Of a stretch of 64,000 bases of DNA, positions 47,826 to 57,172 are shown one piece after another (positions within the stretch are counted from its first letter, which is position 1; the number at the start of each line of letters is the position of its first letter). A program made the position numbers and the translations under genes. The stretch is from a virus (lineage: Duplodnaviria > Caudoviricetes), in the IMG/VR virus record IMGVR_UViG_2636416187_000004, positions 10,448 through 74,447 of that record. The stretch is one strand, 5' to 3'. The notes below the pieces were generated by a model. The model was not told the DNA's origin. It was given only the letters and a program-made list of their open reading frames with translations, and did not search any database.

Positions 47826-48064
47826 TGACCACCCAAATGCAAGAGTGGCTCAAGAAGGCGACCGCACCTGAGCGCGATCGAGTTGCGGCAGCGGCAGGCA
47901 CCAGCGTCGGCTACCTCTACCAAATTGCAGGTGGTCATCGGAAGCCTTCACTTGAGCTCTCGAAAAAGCTTCAGGCCGCAACAGAAGGGGAGCTGACCAT
48001 GTCCGGCTTGCGACCTGATCTTTATGAGCTTCTCACCGAATCAAAATCCCAAGTAGCCGCCTGA
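47826..48064 (+). CDS. cro: Cro-like HTH protein (start approximate)
   Basis: VAAAAGTSVGYLYQIAGGHRKPS..LRPD. Confidence 0.85.
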
Positions 48065-48115
48065 CGATCAACGCGTCGCCATTCGTTGAAGCCAGATTAG
48101 AAGAGAGCAGTCCAC

Positions 48116-48733
48116 ATGGAAACGTCCAGTCCAAGACACACCGCACAAACCCGAGATCAGGTCTTGGTGGCGCATGCCGCCAACCAGATCGCCCGAACCA
48201 GCCTGAGCCAGGATGACTTTGCCCAAGCCTTGAGCCGGGAGATCTACGTGCGCGTGCCGGAGGCGAAGATCAAGGACACCAAGGTTCCAGACTTCGCTGA
48301 GTTGGCGCGCCTGAACGACGTCGGCGAATTCATGAAGGCTACAGGCCGCTGGCTGAAGCGTGTGCAGCGCTGGCTGTCCGGCGAACAGGAAATGCCGTCG
48401 TGGCTGGAAGAGTCTTGGGTGAATGCTCTGGAGCCCGAGTATCGCGACCACTGCATCAACGAACTTGCCGGTCGCCACGGGCTGACCGGTGCCCGCCAGA
48501 TGCAAAGCGATCAGTGCACCAACAAAAGCTTCGGTGCGCTGATCCGCGCCTTGGGCGATGTGATCGATACCGGCAGCGAAGTCTTTGATGACCAGGTGAT
48601 GTGCGAAGAGGACTTGCCGCACCTGCCGGCGTTCGCCGAACAGTGCCGCCAAGTTGAGGCGCGGGCAGGGGAGCTTGGCCGGAAGGCTGAAGCACTGATC
48701 GCAAAACACCAACCAAATTTGAAAGTCGCCTAA
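48116..48733 (+). CDS. CII-position regulatory protein
   Basis: Follows cro; helical; KRVQRWLSG. Confidence 0.65.
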   Translation: METSSPRHTAQTRDQVLVAHAANQIARTSLSQDDFAQALSREIYVRVPEAKIKDTKVPDFAELARLNDVGEFMKATGRWLKRVQRWLSGEQEMPSWLEESWVNALEPEYRDHCINELAGRHGLTGARQMQSDQCTNKSFGALIRALGDVIDTGSEVFDDQVMCEEDLPHLPAFAEQCRQVEARAGELGRKAEALIAKHQPNLKVA

Positions 48734-48909
48734 TTCCCGCGCATGCGCGGGTTTTATTCGATCTCCATTTTGCGATCTCCATTTTTCGATCACCCCAAAA
48801 AAAGGGGGCTACGGGCCAGCACTAGATAGTAAGCAGACCCGAAAACACAGGCATGAAAAAGCCGACGGTCGAGGTCGGCTGATTCGATAACACTTTGCGA
48901 GGACCAATT

Positions 48910-49761
48910 ATGCAGAGCCAGCCAAATTCCAGCAATACCCCGAACAATGTCGCGACACGTTTTAACAAATTGCAAAACGTGTCGCGTGCCACCTCAGTAA
49001 TTCCTTTCGACTTCGATGGTGGCGCCATTCGTGTCATCACCGACGAGCTCGGTGATCCGTGGTTCGTTGCCCGTGACGTGGCCGACGCCTTGGGTTATGC
49101 AAAGCCAGAGAACGCGATCTCCCGTCACTGCAAGGCCGCAACCACTACCCCGAAACAGGGTGGTGGCTTTATGACGGTCATTCCTGAGCGCGATGTATAC
49201 CGACTGGTGATGCGCTCCAAGCTGACCGGGGCCGAGCGCTTCGAAGAGTGGGTAGTGGGTGAGGTGCTGCCGAGCATTCGCAAAAGCGGGAAGTTCGAGG
49301 CAGTCGCCCAGGGCAGTTCGAAGGTTGTCGGGGAACTGGCGCTTATGGAGTGCTACACGCGCCTCCTGAAGCCGTCGCCATCAAGCCAGGTGATGATGTT
49401 GGCGAAGATCGCCACCAACAACGGTCTGGAGTCGAGCTTTCTGCCGGCCTACGCGATTGATGCCGCGCCAGATGCCTCAGGCGGCAGCTCGATGCCGACC
49501 AAGGCCGTTACCTTTTTGATCAAGGACAACGGCTTCGCCTGCACCACGCGAGCGTTCAACCTTGCACTTGAAGCCCATGGTTTCCTCAAGCAGCTCCAGC
49601 GCAAGAACTCCAAACAGGAAACAGTCGACTTCTGGTCGGTGACTGAGAAGGGGCTGGCCTACGGCAAGAACCTCACCAGTCCTCAATGCCCCCGCGAAAC
49701 ACAGCCTCACTGGTATGTCGAGCGCTTCCCTGAGCTGGCCAAACTGGTCGGGAAGGCCTGA
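48910..49761 (+). CDS. BRO-N antirepressor-like protein
   Basis: PWFVARDVADALGY, ERDVYRLVMRS, WVVGEVLPSIRK. Confidence 0.9.
   Translation: MQSQPNSSNTPNNVATRFNKLQNVSRATSVIPFDFDGGAIRVITDELGDPWFVARDVADALGYAKPENAISRHCKAATTTPKQGGGFMTVIPERDVYRLVMRSKLTGAERFEEWVVGEVLPSIRKSGKFEAVAQGSSKVVGELALMECYTRLLKPSPSSQVMMLAKIATNNGLESSFLPAYAIDAAPDASGGSSMPTKAVTFLIKDNGFACTTRAFNLALEAHGFLKQLQRKNSKQETVDFWSVTEKGLAYGKNLTSPQCPRETQPHWYVERFPELAKLVGKA
48952..48985. repeat. 34-bp 13-8-13 site, copy B
   Basis: GCGACACGTTTTA-acaaattg-CAAAACGTGTCGC. Confidence 0.9.
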
Positions 49762-49762
49762 T

Positions 49763-50734
49763 ATGCAATTCACCGTCACGATCAATCAGGTGAAGGCTCT
49801 GGAGTGGGGGCTGAATTCTCAGCAGGCCCTGCTGTTCGCCTTCGTCTACGGCTGCCCGAGCTGGACCAAGCCAATCAAGACTGATGACGGGATCTTCTTC
49901 GCGTTGAGCAAGGCCAAGATCATCGAGGAGCTGCCGCTGCTCACTGACAAGCCAGACACTGCTTACCGCATGCTGAAGGCCCTGGAAGAGGCGGGTTTGA
50001 TTGAGCTTTCCAGCACCTCGAACATCACGCTGTTCCGCCTGACCAAGAAGGCGATTGAGTGGAACCAGAAACTGGATGGGTCGGAAAAATATCCGACCCC
50101 TCCGAAGAACGAAGGTCGGAAAAAAATCCGATCTACATCGGAAAAAAATCCGAGCAAGGTCGGAGATAAATCCGAGCCAGGGTCGGAAAAATCTCCGACA
50201 AATCAGGATACCAATCATCAGGGTACCAATCAGGATACCCATCAGGACTTGCAGGGCAGTCCGGACAAGCCGGCCCGCAACCTGGTGCTGGTGGTTGATC
50301 GCACCGATGCGCCACGTGTTGAAATTCCCGCCGATATGCCGGGTCCCAAAGACCAATCCTGCAAAACCTTCAAGGTCTGGGCGAACTACGCCATGGCCTA
50401 CCGCAAACGCTACTGCACTTGGCCGGTGTGGAACGCCAAGGTCGGTGGCCAGCTTGGTCAACTGGTCGACCGGCTCGGCGCCGATGTCGCCCACCACGTC
50501 GCCGCTCACTACCTGAAAACCAGCGATGCCGCCGTCCTGCGCAAGTGCCACAGCCTCAACGAGCTGCTGGCCAACGCTGAGAGCTACCACACGCAGTGGG
50601 TGACCGGTCAGCGCATCAACGGGACTACCGCACGCCAAATGGAACGCACCGAGGCGAACGTCTCCGCCGCCGAACAGGCCGCACAAATGGTCTTGGCCAA
50701 GCGCAAAGCAGGGGAGCGCAATGAGTACATTTGA
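49763..50734 (+). CDS. Replication initiator (O-like)
   Basis: wHTH N-terminus; internal iterons. Confidence 0.8.
   Translation: MQFTVTINQVKALEWGLNSQQALLFAFVYGCPSWTKPIKTDDGIFFALSKAKIIEELPLLTDKPDTAYRMLKALEEAGLIELSSTSNITLFRLTKKAIEWNQKLDGSEKYPTPPKNEGRKKIRSTSEKNPSKVGDKSEPGSEKSPTNQDTNHQGTNQDTHQDLQGSPDKPARNLVLVVDRTDAPRVEIPADMPGPKDQSCKTFKVWANYAMAYRKRYCTWPVWNAKVGGQLGQLVDRLGADVAHHVAAHYLKTSDAAVLRKCHSLNELLANAESYHTQWVTGQRINGTTARQMERTEANVSAAEQAAQMVLAKRKAGERNEYI
50081..50250. repeat. Iterons of prophage 2 origin
   Basis: Five TCGGA-N6-TCCGA palindromes (50081, 50116, 50138, 50160, 50183) then ATCAGG.TACC repeats. Confidence 0.85.
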
Positions 50735-51518
50735 GATGGATGATCAGCAGGTTGCCAGCCTCGCTGCAGCGATCTGCGCCACCGCTGAGGCCATGGGTCA
50801 GGAAATGAATCCAGGCACCGCGGCGATGATGGCCGAAGACCTCTGTGCTTACTCGGTGCCCTCCGTGAAAGCCGCACTGAAGGCCTGCCGCTTTGAGGTG
50901 AAGGGCAAGCTTGCGATGGCCGACATCCTCCAGCGAGTGCAGGCCGCTGACGGCCGCCCGGGCAAGGACGAAGCATGGGCGATCGCCATGACCACGAACG
51001 ACGAGTTCGAAACCGTGGTGCTGACCGACGAAATCCAGCTCGCACTGGCTGCTGCAAAACCTGTCCTCGATGCCGGCGACAAGGTCGGTGCGCGCATGGC
51101 GTTCAACAGCGCTTACGAGCGTCTGGTGGGGCAGGCTCGGGAGGACAGCAAGGAGGTGAACTGGCATGTGTCTGTCGGCTTCGACGCAAATCGCCGCACG
51201 CAGGCAATCACCAAGGCCTTGCAAATGCAGCGAATCCCACAGGAGCGCGCTCAGCAGTACCTGGCCGACTTGAGTGTCGCGCCGGTCACTGAAGACGGAC
51301 GGGCCGTGGTTGCGCTGCTCACCGGTGAGGTCGCGCGGCCTTCCCCAAAAGTGCGCGAGAAGCTCGCCGCGGTGAAGGACTCAATGCTGGCCATGCGCAA
51401 AGCCTCGGACGAGGAAAAAACAGAACTGCGAATTTTGGCAGCCAACAAGCTGGCCGATCGCCGGGCGCTGCTGATTCGGCAGGCCGAACAATTGAAAGCA
51501 GGGAGCGCGGCTCAATGA
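50721..51518 (+). CDS. Replication accessory protein (P position)
   Basis: Overlaps initiator; GRPG.DEAWA motif. Confidence 0.7.
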   Translation: MSTFEMDDQQVASLAAAICATAEAMGQEMNPGTAAMMAEDLCAYSVPSVKAALKACRFEVKGKLAMADILQRVQAADGRPGKDEAWAIAMTTNDEFETVVLTDEIQLALAAAKPVLDAGDKVGARMAFNSAYERLVGQAREDSKEVNWHVSVGFDANRRTQAITKALQMQRIPQERAQQYLADLSVAPVTEDGRAVVALLTGEVARPSPKVREKLAAVKDSMLAMRKASDEEKTELRILAANKLADRRALLIRQAEQLKAGSAAQ

Positions 51519-51778
51519 CCGATACCACTGACCAGAAAAAGCAGGCTGAGGCCGGCTTCAAAAACTTCCACCGCAGCCTTTGCGAGCGCTTCGGTTACTA
51601 CCACGACGAGATCGACTGGCAGCGTGACCAGGTTTCGCTGGAAGAACACATTGCCACTCAATTCAGCCACGTCAATGCGGAAAACGCGGCGCTGCGTGGG
51701 CAGGTCAAGGCGTTGCAGCGCGCTGCTGGCCAGCTCCAAGAGCAAATCGAGGCTCTGGGCGTGAAGGTGGCACCATGA
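51515..51778 (+). CDS. Hypothetical nin-region protein
   Basis: FKNFHRSLCERFGY; coupled. Confidence 0.65.
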   Translation: MTDTTDQKKQAEAGFKNFHRSLCERFGYYHDEIDWQRDQVSLEEHIATQFSHVNAENAALRGQVKALQRAAGQLQEQIEALGVKVAP

Positions 51779-52176
51779 ATCCCGAATACACGATCCGCGA
51801 TCAGCGAGACATCAATCGCCTCGCCGGTGTGCTGCACGCCATCGACCTGAGCAAGCCGAAGGTGGTGGTGATCCGCGACGAGAAACGCCCTGACGTCTGC
51901 AACCGCAAGATGTGGGCAATGCTCAAGGACGTGTCCGAGCAGGTCATCTGGCACGGCAAGAAGCTGACCAGCGAGGACTGGAAGTGCCTTTTCAGTGCCT
52001 CGCTGGAGAAGCAGCGTGCAGAGCCCGGCCTCGACGGTGGCTTTGTGGTGATGGCCGTATCGACCCGCAAGCAGTCGCAGAAGTGGTTCAGCGATCTGTT
52101 CGAGCTGATTCATGCCTTCGGCGCCGAGCATGGCGTGCGCTGGACTGAGCAGGACAAGTGGGGAGGGCGGTACTGA
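51775..52176 (+). CDS. ninB: NinB recombination protein
   Basis: N.KMWAML.DVS.QV.WHG..L..EDWK..F; FGAEHGV.W. Confidence 0.88.
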   Translation: MNPEYTIRDQRDINRLAGVLHAIDLSKPKVVVIRDEKRPDVCNRKMWAMLKDVSEQVIWHGKKLTSEDWKCLFSASLEKQRAEPGLDGGFVVMAVSTRKQSQKWFSDLFELIHAFGAEHGVRWTEQDKWGGRY

Positions 52177-52406
52177 TGCGAGAAGCCAAGTCTTTCACTA
52201 TTGCCGACGCGCTTTCGAAGTGCCTCACCACCTGGTATCTGGAGGGTACGGCCGTCATCGAGACTGCCGAGGACACGCCGCCAAAATGTGGTGAAACATT
52301 CCGACTCGGCTTCAAGGACTACACGGTGATCGCGGTTTGTGGTCCGTACTCCTATCGCTGGGCATCGGCCACCATTGTTCCCAAGGAGGCGGAACCATGC
52401 GCGTAG
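52176..52406 (+). CDS. Small hypothetical protein
   Basis: TGATG coupling to ninB. Confidence 0.5.
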   Translation: MREAKSFTIADALSKCLTTWYLEGTAVIETAEDTPPKCGETFRLGFKDYTVIAVCGPYSYRWASATIVPKEAEPCA

Positions 52407-53047
52407 CCCTCAAGGAGATGAAGGCCCCGAAGCCGAAGAAGTGTAAGAACCCGGCATGCGGCATCAGCTTCCCACCGCAGCGCTTGGGGCAGGCGGTGTG
52501 CAGTCCGAAGTGCGCGCTCGCGATGGCGCCGGCGAACAGCGAGAAAGCCCGCAAGGCCATCGCCCAGCTCGGTCGCCGCGAGATCAAAGTCCGCAAAGAG
52601 GCCCTGAAAAGTCGCGCCGATCACCTCAAGGATGCCGAGAAGGCTGTGCGCGACTACCGGCGAACCTACGAGTTGAGCATCGGTAGTGGCTGCATCAGCT
52701 GCGGCGAATCGCAGGAATCGATTCTGGCGGCGCAGGGCTGGAAGACTGGCGGCGCGTTTGACGCCGGCCACTTTCTCGGCAAGGGCGCCCGACCGGAGCT
52801 GCGGCTGGTGCCGAACAACATCTGGCTGCAGTGCAAGAGCTGCAATGCCGGCTCATCCAAGTACGCCCGAAAGGGCCAGACGGTTTCGCAAAGCTTCCGC
52901 GCCGGCTTGATCGCCCGCATCGGCCTTGCGGAAGTCGAAGCGCTTGAAGCCGACCACGAACCACGCAAACACACCGTAGAAGAACTCAAGGCGATCACCG
53001 CTGAATATCGGGCCAAGACCCGCGAACTGAAGAGGGCTGTAGCATGA
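52397..53047 (+). CDS. ninG: NinG/Rap endonuclease
   Basis: CS.KCA, CISCG, DAGHF, QC..CN, LIARIG. Confidence 0.9.
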   Translation: MRVALKEMKAPKPKKCKNPACGISFPPQRLGQAVCSPKCALAMAPANSEKARKAIAQLGRREIKVRKEALKSRADHLKDAEKAVRDYRRTYELSIGSGCISCGESQESILAAQGWKTGGAFDAGHFLGKGARPELRLVPNNIWLQCKSCNAGSSKYARKGQTVSQSFRAGLIARIGLAEVEALEADHEPRKHTVEELKAITAEYRAKTRELKRAVA

Positions 53048-53739
53048 TCTATCCAGGCGTTCTGAACGCAGTTGTCTCCGCCCTCGCGGCCGAGGCGATC
53101 GACAACACCAGCAAACAGGCATGGCAGAAGCTGTACAACTCTGCCGACGAGGAGGAGGGCGGTGATCTGGCGACACTGGTTCGCTCCCGTGGTGCCGACA
53201 CCATCGACCGCACGCAGGTGGACTGCTGGGTGTCTGCTCGTTTGCACAGTGCGCTCGAGCAGAAGCACTGGGATGCGCTGGTGGCGAAGTACAGCACCCA
53301 CAAGGGGCGCAAGGTGCAGGCCATCTCTGCGTTGCAGACCCTCATCTACACCCCGGCCCCGAAGCTGTTCCTGTTCAAGGCGACCACTGCTTGGGCTATC
53401 CCGCAGTTGAAGGGCGCGCGGCCGAAGGTGGCCACGTCCGTATCCGTCGAGATCCCGCTCGATGCGCCCGAGTGGCGCCGCGAAGCAGTGGTGAAGGCTG
53501 CGCTGGCAGCAGGCCAAGCCAAGGCGAAGAGAGACGAATCACGATCGGCCGACATGATTGTGCTGAAGGACAGCTTCTACGACATGAACACCTGGGACAA
53601 CGATGGCACCCCGGAGTCGACTCGCCGCCGTTGGCGGCTCGATATCGGCCGCGCAGCTGACGATCTGGTGAATGAGGCGCTGGCTCATGCCGCTGACATT
53701 CTTGAGGCTGAGGGTTTGCTGATTGAACAAGCTGCGTGA
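53044..53739 (+). CDS. Putative late antiterminator (Q position)
   Basis: Last early gene; followed by TTGACA (53747) and terminator 53819-53846. Confidence 0.65.
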   Translation: MIYPGVLNAVVSALAAEAIDNTSKQAWQKLYNSADEEEGGDLATLVRSRGADTIDRTQVDCWVSARLHSALEQKHWDALVAKYSTHKGRKVQAISALQTLIYTPAPKLFLFKATTAWAIPQLKGARPKVATSVSVEIPLDAPEWRREAVVKAALAAGQAKAKRDESRSADMIVLKDSFYDMNTWDNDGTPESTRRRWRLDIGRAADDLVNEALAHAADILEAEGLLIEQAA

Positions 53740-53818
53740 TTACCTGTTGACATCAGTGATCGGATGAGCGAAATTAATCCCATCCTGTCATTCCTGCGCG
53801 TATTCAGGAGTGTCAAGC

Positions 53819-53846
53819 GAAACCCGGCCGACAAGCCGGGTTTTTT
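53819..53846 (+). terminator. tR'-like terminator
   Basis: AAACCCGGC..GCCGGGTTTTTT. Confidence 0.8.
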
Positions 53847-53923
53847 GTTTGTGGCGTATTGCCATTACCATATCCGTCAATTTATTGTTCTTAGTTCGTG
53901 TTCAATAAATTGACGGGGATTCA

Positions 53924-54271
53924 ATGGTTTCTGAACTAATAGATGGTGCTAACCTTTTTGGGCAGATCGTATGCACCGGATTCTGGGCCTTTCTGCTAGT
54001 CGGAGGGATGTTCGCAGCAAAGCGGCATTTCGGGCTTGAGGGCAACTGGCCGTACTGGGTTGCGGGTGGCTTCGCACTGTTCCTGTTAGTCGTGCCTAAT
54101 GGCTGGCGCGTGGTTTTCGGAACTGATCCGCGAGATTTTGCATTGCTCTTGGAGGCGCGTCAGATGATTCCTGCGACTGCGTTGTTTAAAGCAGATTTCT
54201 GGGGAGTACTGATCGGTTCAATCGCAGGCCTGATCGGCTCGCGATTCGTGCCTGAGCGTTGGCACTGGTGA
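53924..54271 (+). CDS. Membrane moron (3 TM)
   Basis: Three hydrophobic segments; terminator 54288-54313. Confidence 0.7.
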   Translation: MVSELIDGANLFGQIVCTGFWAFLLVGGMFAAKRHFGLEGNWPYWVAGGFALFLLVVPNGWRVVFGTDPRDFALLLEARQMIPATALFKADFWGVLIGSIAGLIGSRFVPERWHW

Positions 54272-54324
54272 GACAGCTTTAGTTTTTGGCCCCGCCACCG
54301 AGCGGGGCTTTTTTATGCCTCGAA

Positions 54325-54563
54325 TTTACCTGTAGCCAGGACAGCCCTCGGGAAGGCCTGGACGTCGATAGCCGGAAAGTGCGACCTACGGAACCAACAC
54401 CGGCAGCCCGCGCACCCTGACCTCAAACTTGCTTTCGGGGTGGCGCGGACTGGATCAGCGAGATCGATGCAATGGGGTGTCGACGTTGAGAAGGACTTTG
54501 GCCGACAGCTCGGAAAGACGAGCGCACCTATTCAGGGCCTCTGCATTCGCAGGGGCTTTTTTT
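54325..54563 (+). ncRNA. Candidate structured ncRNA in late leader
   Basis: ORF-poor multi-hairpin segment bracketed by terminators. Confidence 0.45.
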
Positions 54564-54620
54564 GTAACCGACAGAATGCAAAAAGCCCCGACATGATCGG
54601 GGCTTTTTCATTAGCGCGGA

Positions 54621-54726
54621 GAAAAAGAGAGGGCGACTCCAAAGGGTGCGGTAACACCCAAGGGAGACGCCAGATCGCAGATAGTGCCTGCAAGCCAGCC
54701 AAGGCCCTCACTGCTCGCGCGAGCGG
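54621..54726 (-). ncRNA. Candidate antisense sRNA to the com leader
   Basis: Extended -10 TGcTAGGCT (54740-54732, minus); long hairpin then pyrimidine/U tract at 54630-54621. Confidence 0.45.
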
Positions 54727-54761
54727 GACGGAGCCTAGCAGAAAATCAAACGGACTTGCAG

Positions 54762-54944
54762 ATGTTGAAAGAATGCAGATGTGGAAAATGCAACAGACTT
54801 CTCGCCCGGGTGGGTGAGTTTACCGAGCTCCAGATCAAATGTTCCCGATGCGGGACGTTGAATCATGAGAAGGCCACGAGCCTCGAGCGATCGCCTTTGA
54901 GCGACATGAAAGCGGAAATCTCCGCGAACAATCATTCGACTTAA
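54762..54944 (+). CDS. com: Mu Com-family zinc-finger translational activator
   Basis: RCGKCNRLLA..IKCSRCGTLN signature, 60 aa. Confidence 0.88.
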   Translation: MLKECRCGKCNRLLARVGEFTELQIKCSRCGTLNHEKATSLERSPLSDMKAEISANNHST

Positions 54945-54958
54945 AAGGTGAAAAAATG
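54868..54958 (+). promoter_or_regulatory. Duplicated translation-initiation leader, copy 1
   Basis: 28-nt identical core with 55336-55363; helix covers SD AAGGTG. Confidence 0.8.
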
Positions 54959-55282
54959 GAACCAGTAACTCTAGGCAAAAATTTCTATAACAGTTCGTCA
55001 TTGAGTCCGACCGTGATCATCAAGCCTGAAGATAACGTTGCAGGTGTCGTGATCCGCACGTGTACAGCCTTCGGTCCTTTCAACGCCGCGCTTATCACCG
55101 GCACCACTAAACCGACGGATGCCAATGACTTTTACACAAAGCCTGCCCTGCTCACTTTGGGAAGCGACACTATCCAGCTGCCGTATCCTGTTCAACTTCC
55201 GGCCGGTTTTGGGCTGTGGGCTATTGCGGTGAATGGCAATATTCGCGTGAGCTTGACCTACGACCTGTTGCCGAAGTCGTAA
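54956..55282 (+). CDS. 108-aa beta-rich cargo protein of unknown function
   Basis: AAGGTG SD; P.DNVAGVVIRT..LPYPVQLPAGFGLW. Confidence 0.75.
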   Translation: MEPVTLGKNFYNSSSLSPTVIIKPEDNVAGVVIRTCTAFGPFNAALITGTTKPTDANDFYTKPALLTLGSDTIQLPYPVQLPAGFGLWAIAVNGNIRVSLTYDLLPKS

Positions 55283-55313
55283 TTGAGCTCGCTCGACTCT
55301 TCAAAGTGCAACC

Positions 55314-55406
55314 AGAAGGTCAAGAACCTCTCACCATCGCCTTTGAGCGACATGAAAGCGGAATCCTCCGCTCAAAAATCATTCGACTCAATAGGTGAAC
55401 AACATG
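55314..55406 (+). promoter_or_regulatory. Duplicated translation-initiation leader, copy 2
   Basis: Homologous to 54868-54958 up to the ATG. Confidence 0.8.
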
Positions 55407-56261
55407 GCTGGACGTACACGTACTCCGTTTCAACGAAGCGGTACTTCGATTCTCCCTGCTTACCAAACAATGTCCGCAGGGCAGTTCCTACTTTCGCCAA
55501 ACGGCCGATTCAAGCTGTTGCTTCAAACAGACGGTAACCTGGCGTTGCAGGACAATGGTGTAGTGGTTTGGGTCGCCAACGAAGCTACGCCTTACTCCTC
55601 CACCGTACCATTACGATACAAGGTGCCGGTGCAACTCTACGTTCAATATGGCGCGTTTCTCGATGATCCGACTCGGGGGCGTACCTGGCTGACAAACAAC
55701 TCGACGTTCACCAGCGAGGATCAGTGGAACCGAACTCATATGTCGTTGCAGGACGACGGTAACATCGTGCTGATCGATTCTCAGGCGATTTGGAATGGCA
55801 CTCCATCCATTCCGCTTGATCCGACTTCCGGTGCAGTTCTGTTCGGGGGCCCAGCCGAGCTGCAGATGGGAATGCCTTACTTCTGTGGCGATGGTGCACT
55901 GATCTTTCAAGGTGACGGCAACGTTGTGAACTACGGGCCGAACTGGAGTGTTCGCTGGGCTAGCTACACCCAAAATAAGGGTGCAGTTAAGGCCGTTTTT
56001 CAGGCGGATGGTAATTTCGTGGTGTACGCGGCGAATGACGTACCGCTCTGGCAGGCAGGTACCGGCGGCCATCCTGGCGCTACTCTGCGTCTACAGCCAA
56101 ATGGCAATTTGTCGATTATTCAGGAAAGCCCGGTATGGGCTCGTTTCGGCTACACGCCGACTGTGCGTCGACGCAAGATCTACTACCCCGACACCACCAG
56201 TCCTGAACATAACGGTACCGCGCCATACCCAACCTACGGCCATATCGGTTGGGAGTTCTGA
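55404..56261 (+). CDS. llpA: Lectin-like bacteriocin (LlpA/putidacin L1 family)
   Basis: Tandem MMBL domains with QxDxNxVxY motifs ([31 protein letters not shown]); [11 protein letters not shown]; WARFGY; no signal peptide. Confidence 0.92.
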   Translation: MAGRTRTPFQRSGTSILPAYQTMSAGQFLLSPNGRFKLLLQTDGNLALQDNGVVVWVANEATPYSSTVPLRYKVPVQLYVQYGAFLDDPTRGRTWLTNNSTFTSEDQWNRTHMSLQDDGNIVLIDSQAIWNGTPSIPLDPTSGAVLFGGPAELQMGMPYFCGDGALIFQGDGNVVNYGPNWSVRWASYTQNKGAVKAVFQADGNFVVYAANDVPLWQAGTGGHPGATLRLQPNGNLSIIQESPVWARFGYTPTVRRRKIYYPDTTSPEHNGTAPYPTYGHIGWEF

Positions 56262-56404
56262 TCGTTACCCGCATGAACTTGCGGCGTAGTACCCAGGCTC
56301 AGCCCGCGCAGATGAGGCGGGAGTAGCAAAAAGGGTCGCGCCTGTATGGGCGACCTTCTTAAAAGCGAGATATCTCGCACCTATTTCGGGGCCTCGATAT
56401 TGAT

Positions 56405-56468
56405 CGGGGCTTTTTCGTTTTCGGCTCCCCACACCCATTGCTCCGAGCTGGGAGTGCAGCGGATGCCG
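56405..56468 (+). ncRNA. Conserved structured leader upstream of holin (copy 2)
   Basis: Close copy of 5684-5748. Confidence 0.5.
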
Positions 56469-56498
56469 ACCTATTCACATGCCCACGGAGTCGAGCGC

Positions 56499-56825
56499 AT
56501 GGATTCATTACACCGCCTGCTCGACAGATTGGATCTGCTGATTGCCGGCCTGTTTGGCGTCATTGTCGCCAGCTGGTGGCACAAGGACGATCTGACCGAT
56601 TGGCGAGCGTGGCTTATTTTTCTCACTACAGGCCTGGCCTGTTCCGTGTATCTGACCGGGATGGTGAGCGCTTACCTTGGCGTGACTGAGCCGAACATCG
56701 TCATCGGTGTCGGGTTCTTGCTGGGCACCTTCGGCGGATCGCTGCTCGCGGCCATCAACCGAGCCATCAAAGCCGCTGATCTCTGGGCACTCATTCGCCA
56801 GCGGTTCGGGGGAGGCAACCCATGA
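56499..56825 (+). CDS. Putative holin
   Basis: GGAG SD; 3 TM segments; holin position. Confidence 0.7.
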   Translation: MDSLHRLLDRLDLLIAGLFGVIVASWWHKDDLTDWRAWLIFLTTGLACSVYLTGMVSAYLGVTEPNIVIGVGFLLGTFGGSLLAAINRAIKAADLWALIRQRFGGGNP

Positions 56826-57169
56826 ACTACGAACTGATCAACTCCATCGGCTGCGGCTTGATTGCCTTGTGGGCGACTTGGTGTGTTCTGAGCGGCCGAG
56901 TGCGGGATGGCGTCATCGGCAAGCTGATCTACTCGGCGATCGCCATCAGCGGTTTCGTTGTGATGAGCCGGGAGCAGAACATCTTCATGATGGGCCCGAC
57001 CACTGCCGGCATCACGCTGCACGTCTCGCTGGCTCTTGCCGGTATGCGCCACATCTTCATGGTCATCTGGTGGCAGCGGGTGAAAGCCTGGCTGTGCCGA
57101 ACGCTGAACTGTGAGCACTGCCTGCGCTGTGACAAAGCACCGGGCGGTATCGAGCGTCGATCCAAGTAA
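56822..57169 (+). CDS. Holin-associated membrane protein
   Basis: 3 TM segments; overlaps upstream stop; basic C-terminus. Confidence 0.65.
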   Translation: MNYELINSIGCGLIALWATWCVLSGRVRDGVIGKLIYSAIAISGFVVMSREQNIFMMGPTTAGITLHVSLALAGMRHIFMVIWWQRVKAWLCRTLNCEHCLRCDKAPGGIERRSK

Positions 57170-57172
57170 GTC

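Noticed and set aside
48759-48791. Tandem CGATCTCCATTTT repeat
   Set aside because: Two short copies only; no supporting context to assign a function.
54868-55406. CRISPR-like or integron attC array
   Set aside because: Only two copies, separated by a whole gene; no cas genes or integron integrase; no attC RYYYAAC/GTTRRRY ends.
55283-55537. Second com gene
   Set aside because: Contains only the post-zinc-finger tail sequence and overlaps llpA out of frame; better explained as the duplicated RNA leader.
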